Assembly: GCA_015519965.1 (NCBI GenBank)
Contig: WIAM01000013.1
Span: 1 to 53,683, forward strand
DNA length: 53,683 nt
Direction: 5' to 3'
DNA from: Thermaceae bacterium
GTDB lineage: Bacteria > Deinococcota > Deinococci > Deinococcales > Marinithermaceae
How positions within the stretch are numbered: position 1 is the first letter of the stretch; every line of letters begins with the position of its first letter. The notes beneath the pieces were generated by a model. That model ran no database searches. It was not told where the DNA came from and saw nothing but the letters and a program-made list of their open reading frames with translations. The position numbers and the translations under genes are program-made. Below are positions 16,797 to 25,948 of this stretch, one piece after another.

Positions 16797-18124
16797 AGAA
16801 GTGGCTTTCGGTTTTCGGAATACTCGCGTTCTTCGGGCTGGGGTTCGCGCAGACCCTGACCCTTTGGACCACCGAGGAACAGCCCAAACGCATGGAGGTT
16901 CAGCGGCAAATCGCCGAGCGCTTTAAGGCCATGACCGGCATCACGGTGAAGATCGTGCCGGTTACGGAGAACCAGCTCGCCGAGCGGATCACCGCCGCCT
17001 TCGCCGCCGGCCAGCTCCCGGATCTGGTCTTCCACCCGGTGGACTACACCGTGGGCTGGGCGGCCGAAGGCATCCTGGACACCGAGGCAGCGACCGAGGT
17101 GGTCAGCGAACTCGGCGCATCCACGTTCGCCCAAGGCGCCCTAGCCCTGGCCAGCTACCGGGGGAACTACACCGCGGTACCTACCGACGGCTGGACCCAG
17201 CTCCTGCTGTATCGCCGCGACCTCATCAAGGCGAAGAGCCTCTCCGAACCGAAGACCTTCGCCTCCATCCTGGCGGCGATCGAAGCCCTCCACAACCCGC
17301 CCGCCATGTACGGCTTCGTGGCCGCCACCGACCCCAGCCAGGTCTACTTCCAGCAGGTCTTCGAGCACATCGCCCTCGCCAACGGGGTGCGCCTGGTCGA
17401 CGAGGCGGGGAACATCACCCTCAACACCCCGCAGATGGTGGAGACGCTGAGGTTCTATAAGAAGCTCGCCCAGGCCAGCCCGCCGGGCAACCTCTACTGG
17501 AAGCAGTCGCGCGAGCTCTACATGGCCGGTAAGGCGGCCCAGATCATCTGGTCGCCCTTCATCCTCGACGAGCTCGCCGGGCTCCGCGACTCGGTGCCGG
17601 TAACCGCCTTCAACGATCCCACCACCGACGCCCTGGCCGGGGAAACCGGGTTCGTCGCCCGCCTGATCGGCCCCAACAACCCCAAGGGCGCCTCCTACGC
17701 CCAGATCAGCTACATCGGCATCACCGCCGACGCCGACGTGGCGGCGGCCAAGAAGTTCGTCAAGTTCCTCCTCACCGACGCCTACCTCGACTGGCTCTCG
17801 ATGGCCCCCGAGGGCAAGTTCCCGGTCCGCCGGGGAACGATGAGCGAGCCGACCCGCTTCATCGACGGCTGGTCCAAGCTCAAGATCGGCGTGGACCGCA
17901 AACGGCCGCTGGGCGAGATCTACCCGCCCGAAGTGGTGAAGAAGATCCTGGCCGGCCTCGAGGTCGCCGACCGCTGGGGCTTTAGCCGCGGATACGGCGA
18001 GCTGGTGGCCAAGGTCTACGGCGAGAAGGTGATCCCCAAGATCGTGCGTCGCTACCTCGACGGAGAACTCACCGCCGAAGCCGCGGCCGCCGAGATGCAA
18101 CGCGCGGTGGAGGCCCTGAAGTAA
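16793..18124 (+). CDS. Extracellular solute-binding protein (sugar, family 1)
   Basis: Start reassigned to ATG 16793 (ATGA overlap with the lacI stop). Signal peptide MKKWLSVFGILAFFGLGFAQ, then TLTLWTTEEQ... Confidence 0.85.
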   Translation: MKKWLSVFGILAFFGLGFAQTLTLWTTEEQPKRMEVQRQIAERFKAMTGITVKIVPVTENQLAERITAAFAAGQLPDLVFHPVDYTVGWAAEGILDTEAATEVVSELGASTFAQGALALASYRGNYTAVPTDGWTQLLLYRRDLIKAKSLSEPKTFASILAAIEALHNPPAMYGFVAATDPSQVYFQQVFEHIALANGVRLVDEAGNITLNTPQMVETLRFYKKLAQASPPGNLYWKQSRELYMAGKAAQIIWSPFILDELAGLRDSVPVTAFNDPTTDALAGETGFVARLIGPNNPKGASYAQISYIGITADADVAAAKKFVKFLLTDAYLDWLSMAPEGKFPVRRGTMSEPTRFIDGWSKLKIGVDRKRPLGEIYPPEVVKKILAGLEVADRWGFSRGYGELVAKVYGEKVIPKIVRRYLDGELTAEAAAAEMQRAVEALK

Positions 18125-18132
18125 CCCCAGAT

Positions 18133-18166
18133 CGCCGGCCGGGCACGCCCGGCCGGCGGATTCTTT
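18133..18166 (+). terminator. Intercistronic GC hairpin / partial terminator after the SBP gene
   Basis: CGCCGGCCGGG-CAC(G)-CCCGGCCGGCG (11-12 bp stem) followed by GATTCTTTG. Lies between the SBP stop (18124) and the permease start (18172). Confidence 0.55.
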
Positions 18167-18171
18167 GACCC

Positions 18172-19428
18172 ATGCGACGAAGTCTAAAAGCCCGCGAAGC
18201 CCGGCTCGCCTTCTACCTTCTCCTGCCGACGGTCACGATCGTGCTCCTCATCGTGATCTTCCCCGTCGTCGCCAACTTCTGGATCGCCTTCAAGGACATC
18301 CGGCTCGGCGACCTGCGCGCTCCGAAAGCGGTGGTTCGCGAGCGAATTTTAAAAACCCCCACCGCCCCGGGCGAGCAGCTCGTCATCACCTACCGGGTAG
18401 AAAACCGCAGCAAGAACCCGATCGTCAGCACCACCATCCGCGATTCGGTTCCGGCCGGGCTCGCCGCCCTCACCCTACCGCCCGAGTGCACTCTCGCCGC
18501 GGGGCGCCTCACTTGCCGCCTGGCAGGCCCCGAGCCCCGTCAGCGGGTGACCCTGACGGTGACCTTCCTGGCCGAAAAAGCCTACTTCGACGCCGGGCGC
18601 CCGAGCCCGCGCGCGAATCGCCCTCTGGTCGAGACGCGGGCGAAAAACCCCCTCCTGGCTAAGCCCTGGACGGCGGGCAACCTCATCCGCGTCTTCCAGG
18701 ACCCCGACTTCTGGCCCATGCTCTGGGTCACCCTGGCCTACACTGTCTTCGGCACCACCCTGTCCATTCTCCTCGGCCTTTTCGCCGCCCAGCTCTTGGT
18801 GGTGCGCTTTCGGGGGCGAAACCTCTTCCGGGGCCTTTTCCTCTTTCCCTACGTGGCTCCGGTGATCGCGGTCGCCTTCGTTTGGGTCTTTCTCCTCGAT
18901 CCCTTTTCCGGCACGGTGAACGCCCTTTTGCAAAAGTACGGGGTGGCAAGTCAGCCGATCCCCTTTCTCTCGCAGCGCACCTGGGAGATCTCGGCCTTCG
19001 GGGCCAGCGTCCGCATTCCCCTGGCGCTCACCGCGGTGATCCTCTTCGAAGGCTGGCGCTATTTTCCCTTTGCCTTCCTCTTCATCCTGGCCCGGATGCA
19101 GGCCATGCCGGCGGTCCTCTTCGAGGCGGCCCGGGTCGACGGCGCCGGCCCCTGGCAGACCTTCCGCCACGTGACCCTGCCCCAGCTCCTGGGCATCCTC
19201 GGCACCCTCTTCCTCCTCCGTTTCATCTGGACCTTCAACAAGTTTGACGACATCTTCCTGCTCACCGGCGGCGCCGCGGGCACCGAGACCATCACCATCA
19301 AGGTCTACGACTACGCATTCGCCCGGGCCGATCTCGGCCTCGGCGCCGCGCTAGCGGTGGTGCTCTTTTTCATCCTGGCCTTCTTCCTGAGCCTCTACTT
19401 CCGTTTCGCCCCGAAGGGGGAGGTATGA
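18172..19428 (+). CDS. CUT1 sugar ABC permease (MalF-like) with inserted DUF11/CARDB-like beta-sandwich loop
   Basis: 418 aa. TM1 is followed by ~110 aa (LVITYRVENRSKNPIVSTTIRDSVPAGL...GRLTCRLAGPEPRQRVTLTVTF), then a normal 6-TM core with EAA loop AVLFEAARVDGAGPWQTFRHVTLPQL. Confidence 0.85.
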   Translation: MRRSLKAREARLAFYLLLPTVTIVLLIVIFPVVANFWIAFKDIRLGDLRAPKAVVRERILKTPTAPGEQLVITYRVENRSKNPIVSTTIRDSVPAGLAALTLPPECTLAAGRLTCRLAGPEPRQRVTLTVTFLAEKAYFDAGRPSPRANRPLVETRAKNPLLAKPWTAGNLIRVFQDPDFWPMLWVTLAYTVFGTTLSILLGLFAAQLLVVRFRGRNLFRGLFLFPYVAPVIAVAFVWVFLLDPFSGTVNALLQKYGVASQPIPFLSQRTWEISAFGASVRIPLALTAVILFEGWRYFPFAFLFILARMQAMPAVLFEAARVDGAGPWQTFRHVTLPQLLGILGTLFLLRFIWTFNKFDDIFLLTGGAAGTETITIKVYDYAFARADLGLGAALAVVLFFILAFFLSLYFRFAPKGEV

Positions 19429-20651
19429 AGGCGGCGCGCGGGGTTTTGCTCGGGGCCCTGGTCGGCGGGCTGGCCGGCATTCTGGCCTTTTTCGGGACCT
19501 CACTCGCGCTCGGGCTTTTCGCCGGGCTCGCCACCGAGTTCCGCCTCGAGGCCGCCTTCGGCTTCGGCGCCCTATTCGGGGCCGCGATCGCCAAAATCCC
19601 CCCCAAACCGCGCCAGCATCCGGCAACGCTCATCCTCACCGCCCTGATCGGCGCTGCCTTGGCCTGGCTGGCGGGCGAGCGCCTCGGCCAGCCCGGGGGC
19701 ATCTGGCTGATCCTCACCGGCGGGGCCAGTGGGGCGCTTTCCGCCTACGCCCTGCGCGACCTTCCCGGTGAGCCTGGGGGTCGAGAGACCTATGAAACCC
19801 TGGGGCTGAAAGGGCTCCGGGCCGTCGGCTTTTTGTTCTTCGTTTTTGTGGTGGTCTTTCCCTTCTGGGCCATGCTGGTGGCCTCGCTGAAACCCCGCGC
19901 CGAGTTCCTCGCCGACCCCGCCAACCTCTCGCTGCCCACCCACCTCTTCGAAAGCGGCCTCGGCGCCGGGCTGGCGAAGGTCCTCGAGGGCTACCGGGCG
20001 GTCCTCGTCGACTACAACTTCCTGCGCTACATCGCCAACACCGCCTACGTCTCGATCACCACCATGGTCCTGACCCTGTTCCTCTCGGTGCTCGGGGCCT
20101 ACGCCGTGGCCCGGCTCGAATTTCGGGGCCGCGGCCTCATGGAGCGGGCAGTGCTCCTCACCTACATGTTCCCGGCGATCGTCCTCGCCATTCCCCTCTA
20201 CGTGGTCTTCACCCAGCTGGGGATGCGCAACACGCTTTCTGGCCTCATCATCGTCTACCTGGCCCAGACCCTGCCGGTGGCCCTCTACATGCTGCGGAGC
20301 TATTTCGAAACCATCCCCCAAAGCCTGGAGGAGGCGGGGCTGATCGACGGTTGCAGCCGCCTCGAGGTCATCTGGCGGATCACGCTGCCGCTCTCGCTCC
20401 CGGCGCTGGCCTCGGTGGGGCTCTACGTCTTCATGATCGCCTGGAACGAGTTCCTCTTCGCCTTCATGTTCCTCGACACCCCTGAAATCTTCACCCTCTC
20501 CCGGGGCATGGTGGCGCTGAACAACCAGGAGGTCCCCTACCAGTACCTCATGGCCGGGGCGGTGATCGTGACCGTGCCGGTGATGCTGCTCTTTTTCTGG
20601 TTCGAACGCTACCTGATCGGCGGGCTCACCGCCGGCGGGGTGAAGGGGTAG
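19425..20651 (+). CDS. CUT1 sugar ABC permease (MalG-like) with ~130-aa Gly/Ala-rich N-terminal TM extension
   Basis: 408 aa. C-terminal core with IPQSLEEAGLIDGCSRLEVIWRITLPL. ATGA overlap with the previous gene. Confidence 0.85.
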   Translation: MKAARGVLLGALVGGLAGILAFFGTSLALGLFAGLATEFRLEAAFGFGALFGAAIAKIPPKPRQHPATLILTALIGAALAWLAGERLGQPGGIWLILTGGASGALSAYALRDLPGEPGGRETYETLGLKGLRAVGFLFFVFVVVFPFWAMLVASLKPRAEFLADPANLSLPTHLFESGLGAGLAKVLEGYRAVLVDYNFLRYIANTAYVSITTMVLTLFLSVLGAYAVARLEFRGRGLMERAVLLTYMFPAIVLAIPLYVVFTQLGMRNTLSGLIIVYLAQTLPVALYMLRSYFETIPQSLEEAGLIDGCSRLEVIWRITLPLSLPALASVGLYVFMIAWNEFLFAFMFLDTPEIFTLSRGMVALNNQEVPYQYLMAGAVIVTVPVMLLFFWFERYLIGGLTAGGVKG

Positions 20652-20653
20652 AG

Positions 20654-21874
20654 ATGCGAATTCTGATGGCGGCGACACGCCTTGCTGGCAACGACGGGGT
20701 GAGCCTCGAGGCCGAGAAGGCGCGGCAGGTCCTTAAGGCGATGGGGCACGAGGTAATCCACCTGGCGGGGGAACTCTCGAGCGACCGCGAGGGGTTTGAG
20801 GTCCCGGCGATGCACTTCCAGGACCCCGTGGCCCGCGAGTTCGCCGAGCGGGCCTTCGGCGAAGAGAGGGAGGACAGGACGCTGGTGGCCGAGATCCTCG
20901 AGGCCGGCCATGCGCTGGCCCGGGCGATGCAAAACGCCCTCGGCGACGACCGCCCCGATCTCTTGCTGGTGCAAAATGCCTGGGCCATTCCCATGCACCT
21001 TCCCCTGGCCCCGGCGCTGCTCGAGCTGGCGCGCTCGCTCAGCGTCCCGGCGATCAGCCACAACCACGACTACCCCTGGGAGCGAGAACGCTTTCGCCGC
21101 ACCACGGTGCAGCCGCTGATCGATGGCTTCTTTCCTCCACCGGGGCCAATCCAGCTCTCGATCAACACCCTGGCCCAGGCGGCGCTTTTGGCGCGGCGGG
21201 GCCTCAGCTCGCTGCTTTTGCCCAACGTCATGGACTTCGACCAAGCCCCACCCGCCCCCAGGCGCGACTTCAAAGCGGCGCTCGGGCTCAACGGCCGCAC
21301 CGTCCTCCTCCAACCCACGCGGGTGGTTCCCAGAAAACGCATCGAGCTGAGCATCGACCTGGCGGCGCACCTCAAGGCCCTGGGGCATGACCCGGTGGTG
21401 CTCGTCACCCACCCCGCGGGCGACGAGGGCTACGCCTACAAAGACTGGCTCCAGGAGTATGCCAGGAAAAAGGCGGTCGACCTTCGCTTCGCCGACGCCT
21501 GGGTGGGGCACGGTGAAAAACCCTTCCGCCTCTGGGACGCCTACCACCACGCCGACCTCGTCACCTATCCCAGCGCCTACGAGGGGTTTGGCAACGCCCT
21601 TTTGGAAGCGATCTGGATGAAAAAGCCGGTGCTGGTGGGTCGATACCCCGTCTACCTCGCCGACATCCGCCCGCTCGGTTTTCGCTTCGTCGAGGTGTCA
21701 GAGCGCATCACCCCCCAAGTCGCCGAGCAAGTGGACGCGCTCCTCGCCGACCCCGGCCTGGTCCGCAACTGGGTCGAGCCCAACCACGCCCTGGCCAAGC
21801 AACACTTCGGCTACCCGCGCCTTCGGCGCGTCCTGGAGGAGGCCATCGATGCCGCCCGCAGAAAAACGGCTTGA
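20654..21874 (+). CDS. Family-4-like (GT-B, retaining) glycosyltransferase
   Basis: 406 aa. C-terminal half has LLQPTRVVPRKRIE... and the E-x7-E motif YEGFGNALLEA. Confidence 0.7.
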   Translation: MRILMAATRLAGNDGVSLEAEKARQVLKAMGHEVIHLAGELSSDREGFEVPAMHFQDPVAREFAERAFGEEREDRTLVAEILEAGHALARAMQNALGDDRPDLLLVQNAWAIPMHLPLAPALLELARSLSVPAISHNHDYPWERERFRRTTVQPLIDGFFPPPGPIQLSINTLAQAALLARRGLSSLLLPNVMDFDQAPPAPRRDFKAALGLNGRTVLLQPTRVVPRKRIELSIDLAAHLKALGHDPVVLVTHPAGDEGYAYKDWLQEYARKKAVDLRFADAWVGHGEKPFRLWDAYHHADLVTYPSAYEGFGNALLEAIWMKKPVLVGRYPVYLADIRPLGFRFVEVSERITPQVAEQVDALLADPGLVRNWVEPNHALAKQHFGYPRLRRVLEEAIDAARRKTA

Positions 21875-23459
21875 AAGGCACCTCCGCTTCGTCTACCGGG
21901 ATGCCGCGGCGCCACTGGTCGCGGCGCTCCTTCCCGAGTTGGAGGCCTTTCAAAAGGCCCATCCCCACCTCCAGGGCACCACCGAGGCCCTCGACCTCGA
22001 ACCCGGGGAAGCCATGCTGATCGCCTACGGCGATCACGTCCGCGAGCCGGGAAAACCGGCGCTCGAAAGCCTGGCCGCGTTCATGGCCCGCTGGCTCGAC
22101 TGGATCCCCGACCTCCACCTGCTCCCCATCCACCCCTATTCGTCCGACGACGGCTTTTCGGTGATCGATTACCGGAAGGTCCGGGAAGATCTCGGTGGCT
22201 GGGGCGAGGTGCGCGCGCTCGCGGCCAGCCGGCGACTGATGCTCGATGCGGTGATCAACCACGCCTCGCGCCAGGGGGTGTGGTTTGCCAAATTCCTGCG
22301 GGGGGAGCCGCCGTTTGAGCGCTTTTTCCTCGAGGACCCCGGCTTTGACACCTCCAGGGTGGTGCGCCCTCGAACCTCGCCGCTCTTCACCGAGATCGCC
22401 GGGCGCCGGATGTGGACCACCTTCGGCCCCGACCAGGTCGACCTCGACTACCGGAATCCAGAAGTCTTCCGCGAAATCCTGCGCCTGCTGCTCTTTTATG
22501 TTGATCAGGGGGCGACCTTTTTGCGCCTGGATGCGGTGGGGTTTTTGTGGAAGGCCCCGGGTCGCCCCTCGATCCACGAGCCCGAGACCCACGCCCTAAT
22601 CAAAGCTTTCCGCGCCGCGCTCGACATCGCCGCCCCCCAGGTCAAGCTGGTGAGCGAGACCAACGTCCCCCACCGGGAGAACGTGGCCTATTTTGGCGAC
22701 GGCTTCGACGAGGCCCAGCTGGTCTACAACTTCGCCCTGCCGCCGCTCGTGCTCGACGCCTACGCCCGGGGCGACGCGCGCCGGCTGGCGCTTTGGGCCG
22801 CCGAGCTCAAAACCCCCTCGCCCCGCACCGCATTCCTCAACTTCCTCGCTTCCCATGACGGCATCGGGCTCCGCCCCGCCGAAGGCATCATCCCGGAAGC
22901 AGACGTGGCCCGGCTGGTCGAGCGCGCCCGGGCCCACGGCGGCGAGGTGAGCTACCGGCAGGCGGAGAAAGCCGAGGTTCCCTACGAGCTGAACCTCACC
23001 TGGTGGGACGCCCTCAACCCGCCCGGTGAGGACGAATCGACGGCCCTGAAACGCCATCTCGGCTCGCACCTCATCATGCTTTCGCTCCCCGGCCTGCCAG
23101 CGATCTACTTCCAGTCTTTGCTCGGGGCCGGCTCGTGGCGCGAGGGCTACCGCAAAAGCGGCATCAAGCGCCGTTTGAACCGCCAGAAGTTCAACCGCGA
23201 GGCCCTCGAGGCCAGCCTGTCAAACCCCGAACACCGATTCTCTCGCGTCCATCGCGGCTTTTTGCATCTCCTGACCCGGTTCCGCCCCGCCCCGAACGCC
23301 CCCCACACGGTCCTCAAACTCGACCCCCGCGTCTTCGCCGTGTGGCGCGACGGCTTTTTGGCCCTGGTCAACGTGTCGCCCGAGACGGTGGCGCTGCCCG
23401 GGGTTTTGGGGGAAGGCAAGAGGCTTGGGCCCTACGACTTTGCCGTCCTCAAACCCTAA
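21849..23459 (+). CDS. GH13_18 sucrose-phosphorylase-family alpha-glucoside phosphorylase
   Basis: 536 aa. LLPIHPYSSDDGFSVIDY, MLDAVINHAS, nucleophile region FLRLDAVGFLWK, acid/base region KLVSETNVPH, FLASHDGIGLRP. Confidence 0.8.
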   Translation: MPPAEKRLERHLRFVYRDAAAPLVAALLPELEAFQKAHPHLQGTTEALDLEPGEAMLIAYGDHVREPGKPALESLAAFMARWLDWIPDLHLLPIHPYSSDDGFSVIDYRKVREDLGGWGEVRALAASRRLMLDAVINHASRQGVWFAKFLRGEPPFERFFLEDPGFDTSRVVRPRTSPLFTEIAGRRMWTTFGPDQVDLDYRNPEVFREILRLLLFYVDQGATFLRLDAVGFLWKAPGRPSIHEPETHALIKAFRAALDIAAPQVKLVSETNVPHRENVAYFGDGFDEAQLVYNFALPPLVLDAYARGDARRLALWAAELKTPSPRTAFLNFLASHDGIGLRPAEGIIPEADVARLVERARAHGGEVSYRQAEKAEVPYELNLTWWDALNPPGEDESTALKRHLGSHLIMLSLPGLPAIYFQSLLGAGSWREGYRKSGIKRRLNRQKFNREALEASLSNPEHRFSRVHRGFLHLLTRFRPAPNAPHTVLKLDPRVFAVWRDGFLALVNVSPETVALPGVLGEGKRLGPYDFAVLKP

Positions 23460-23462
23460 GGG

Positions 23463-23567
23463 TCACTCGTTCTCGTCCTCGGCCCTCGCCGCCCGCAAAA
23501 ACCAAAGCGCAAACCCCAGGAAGACCAGCGCCGAAAAACCCATCCAAAACGGCCACCACCCGATCAT
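23463..23567 (-). CDS. Unannotated 34-aa single-TM ORF (candidate small oxidase subunit)
   Basis: Below the track size cut-off. ATG 23567 is preceded by AGGAGG (23573-23578, overlapping the subunit III stop) with a 5-nt spacer. Product is MIGWWPFWMGFSALVFLGFALWFLRAARAEDENE. Confidence 0.5.
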   Translation of the reverse strand: MIGWWPFWMGFSALVFLGFALWFLRAARAEDENE

Positions 23568-23576
23568 CAAAGCCTC

Positions 23577-24128
23577 CTAGATCACAAAGAACACCAGCAA
23601 AAAGGCGATCCACACCCAGGCCACAAACCCCCAAAACAGCACGCCGGCCTCGAGCACCCAGGCGTTGTTCGCGGCGAGGCCGTTGCGGTGGGTCTTCGAC
23701 CAGAGCGCGGTGAGAGCCAGCGCCCCCGCCAGAGCGTGCAGCAGGTGCATGGCCTCGGCCAGGTAATAGTGCGAGGCGAAAAGCCCGCCCGGGGGCAGGC
23801 CCAGGGTGCGCAGGTCGACGATCAAAAGGAGCACCGCCACCCAAGCCAGCAAGACGCCCCACCCCTGAGCGACCGCCGACCGGCCGAGTTCGCCCCGGCG
23901 CAGGGCGGCGAGCCCCCCGCGGGCGAAGAACCACCCCGCCCAGAGCACCACCGCGATGGCCAGGGACAACGCCCCGAGCTCGAGGGGCGTGTCGGTCCCA
24001 GTGTAGAGAAACCGAGAAGCGAACACGGTCACGAAGGCCACGGCCTCGGCAAAGATGATCAGCGCGAAGCTGCCCCGGTACATCCGGATCTCCCGCTCGC
24101 TGAGCGCGGCCGAAACATCCTGGTGCAT
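23577..24128 (-). CDS. ctaE: Haem-copper oxidase subunit III-like protein
   Basis: Start reassigned to ATG 24128 (TGATG overlap with the subunit I stop). 183 aa with about 5 TM, including the HYYLAEAMHLLHAL segment. Confidence 0.7.
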   Translation of the reverse strand: MHQDVSAALSEREIRMYRGSFALIIFAEAVAFVTVFASRFLYTGTDTPLELGALSLAIAVVLWAGWFFARGGLAALRRGELGRSAVAQGWGVLLAWVAVLLLIVDLRTLGLPPGGLFASHYYLAEAMHLLHALAGALALTALWSKTHRNGLAANNAWVLEAGVLFWGFVAWVWIAFLLVFFVI

Positions 24129-25948
24129 CAGGCCTCCTCCTCTCCGTAGCGATAAAAGCTGCCTCGAACCACCGGCGTCGCCTCGAAGTTGTGATGGGGC
24201 GGCGGCGAGCTGGTCTGCCACTCCAGGGTCTTACCGCCCCAGGGGTTGGCCGGCGCCTTCTCGCCCCAGATCCAGCTGTAGACGAGGTTCACGAGATGCA
24301 GGAAAAATCCAACGCCCAGCAGGAACGCCCAGACGCTGATCCAGGTGTTGATGCCCTCGAGGTAGGGCAGGTACTCGGCGATCCGCCGGTTCATGCCCTC
24401 GATCCCGGCGATGTGCATGGGGAAAAAGGTCAGGTTGAAGGCGATGAAGACCCACCAGGCCGCGAGTTTGGCCAGCGACTCGTCGTACATCTTGCCCGCG
24501 AACTTGGGGAACCAGTAGTAGAGCCCGGCGAGCCAGGTAAAGACCATGCCGCCGATGATGGTGTAGTGGAAGTGGGCCACCACGAAGTAGGTGTCCTGGA
24601 GCATGAGGTCGGAGGGGACGTCGGCGAGGAAGATGCCGGTGGTGCCCCCCATGAGGAAGTTGACCATGCTCATCAGCACCAGCAGCATGGGGGCGGCGAG
24701 GCGAATCCGCGCCCGCCAGAGCGTCGCCAGCGCCACCATGAAGACGAACCCGGTGGGGATCGAGATGAGCTCGGTGGTGCTCATGAAGGGAATGAGGCGG
24801 TCGCTGAGCCCGGTGGTGAACATGTGGTGGGTCCAGACCACCGAACTCAGGAAAGCGACCCCCAAGAATCCGCCCACCGCCCAGCCGTAGCCGGCCAGGC
24901 TGCGCCGGCCGAACACCGGCAGGACCTCGAGCCAAATCGCCCAGGCGGTCAGGATGATGATGTAGACCTCGGGGTGACCGAAGAGCCAAAAGAGGTCCTG
25001 CCATACCAGCGGAATCCCCCCGACCTCGGGACGGAAAAAGCCGGTGGGGACGACGCGGTCGAAGATGCCCATCAGCATCGCGGTGCCGATCACCGGGACC
25101 CAAAGCAGGTTCAAAAACGAAGTGGCCACCATGCCCCACACGAAAAGCGGCAGCCGGGAAAGGGTGAGGCCCGGGGCCCGCTTAAAGAGCACGGTGCCGA
25201 TCACGTTGACCGCGGTGAGCAAGGAGGAGATCCCGAGGGTATAGGCGCCGAGGAAATAGAGCACGCCCCCGGATGGGCCCTGGATCGAAAGCGGGGCGTA
25301 CCCCGTCCACCCCGCCTCACTGCCTCCCAAAATCGGGCTCAGGGCCAGCGCCAGCACCCCGGGGATGACGAACCACCAGGAAAGGCCGTTGACGTAGGGG
25401 AAGGGCATGTCGTCGCCGCCGACCATGAGGGGAACGAAGTAATTGCCAAACCCGCCGACGATGGCCACCACCGCCACCGCGAAGATCATCAGGCTCCCGT
25501 GAACCGCCACCAGCGAGTTATAGGTCTGCGGGCTCGAGAAGAAGTCCAACGCCGGGCTGATGAGCTCGGCCCGCATGAGCATGGCCATGCCCCCGGCCAA
25601 GGCGAAGGCGAAGGCGCTGGCCCAGAGATACTGGATCCCGATCACCTTGTGGTCGGTGTTGAAGCGGAAATACCGGGCGATGCCCGTCCCCTCGTCGTAA
25701 TCCGAGGGCAGGCCAAACCAGGGTTTGACCCAGGCTTCAAGCGCCCCGCCTCCCAGGATCCAGCCGACGAGGCCGAAAAGATACCCGACGGTCAACCCAA
25801 GATCACCGTAAGGGCTTTGGCCAAAGGCCAGGGCCACCAAGCCCGAACCGAGCAGAAAGCCGATGCCGCCCCAGAAGAACGCCCGCAGCAAATAGGCGGT
25901 GGTGTCAAAAAACGAAGCCCTTGCAAACCGAACCGGCTCGACCGCCAT
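24128..25948 (-). CDS. ctaD: A-type haem-copper oxidase subunit I
   Basis: GHPEVYIIIL, VVWTHHMFTTG and AHFHYTIIGG. ATG 25948 overlaps the subunit II stop as TGATG (the track used GTG 25951). Confidence 0.95.
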   Translation of the reverse strand: MAVEPVRFARASFFDTTAYLLRAFFWGGIGFLLGSGLVALAFGQSPYGDLGLTVGYLFGLVGWILGGGALEAWVKPWFGLPSDYDEGTGIARYFRFNTDHKVIGIQYLWASAFAFALAGGMAMLMRAELISPALDFFSSPQTYNSLVAVHGSLMIFAVAVVAIVGGFGNYFVPLMVGGDDMPFPYVNGLSWWFVIPGVLALALSPILGGSEAGWTGYAPLSIQGPSGGVLYFLGAYTLGISSLLTAVNVIGTVLFKRAPGLTLSRLPLFVWGMVATSFLNLLWVPVIGTAMLMGIFDRVVPTGFFRPEVGGIPLVWQDLFWLFGHPEVYIIILTAWAIWLEVLPVFGRRSLAGYGWAVGGFLGVAFLSSVVWTHHMFTTGLSDRLIPFMSTTELISIPTGFVFMVALATLWRARIRLAAPMLLVLMSMVNFLMGGTTGIFLADVPSDLMLQDTYFVVAHFHYTIIGGMVFTWLAGLYYWFPKFAGKMYDESLAKLAAWWVFIAFNLTFFPMHIAGIEGMNRRIAEYLPYLEGINTWISVWAFLLGVGFFLHLVNLVYSWIWGEKAPANPWGGKTLEWQTSSPPPHHNFEATPVVRGSFYRYGEEEA

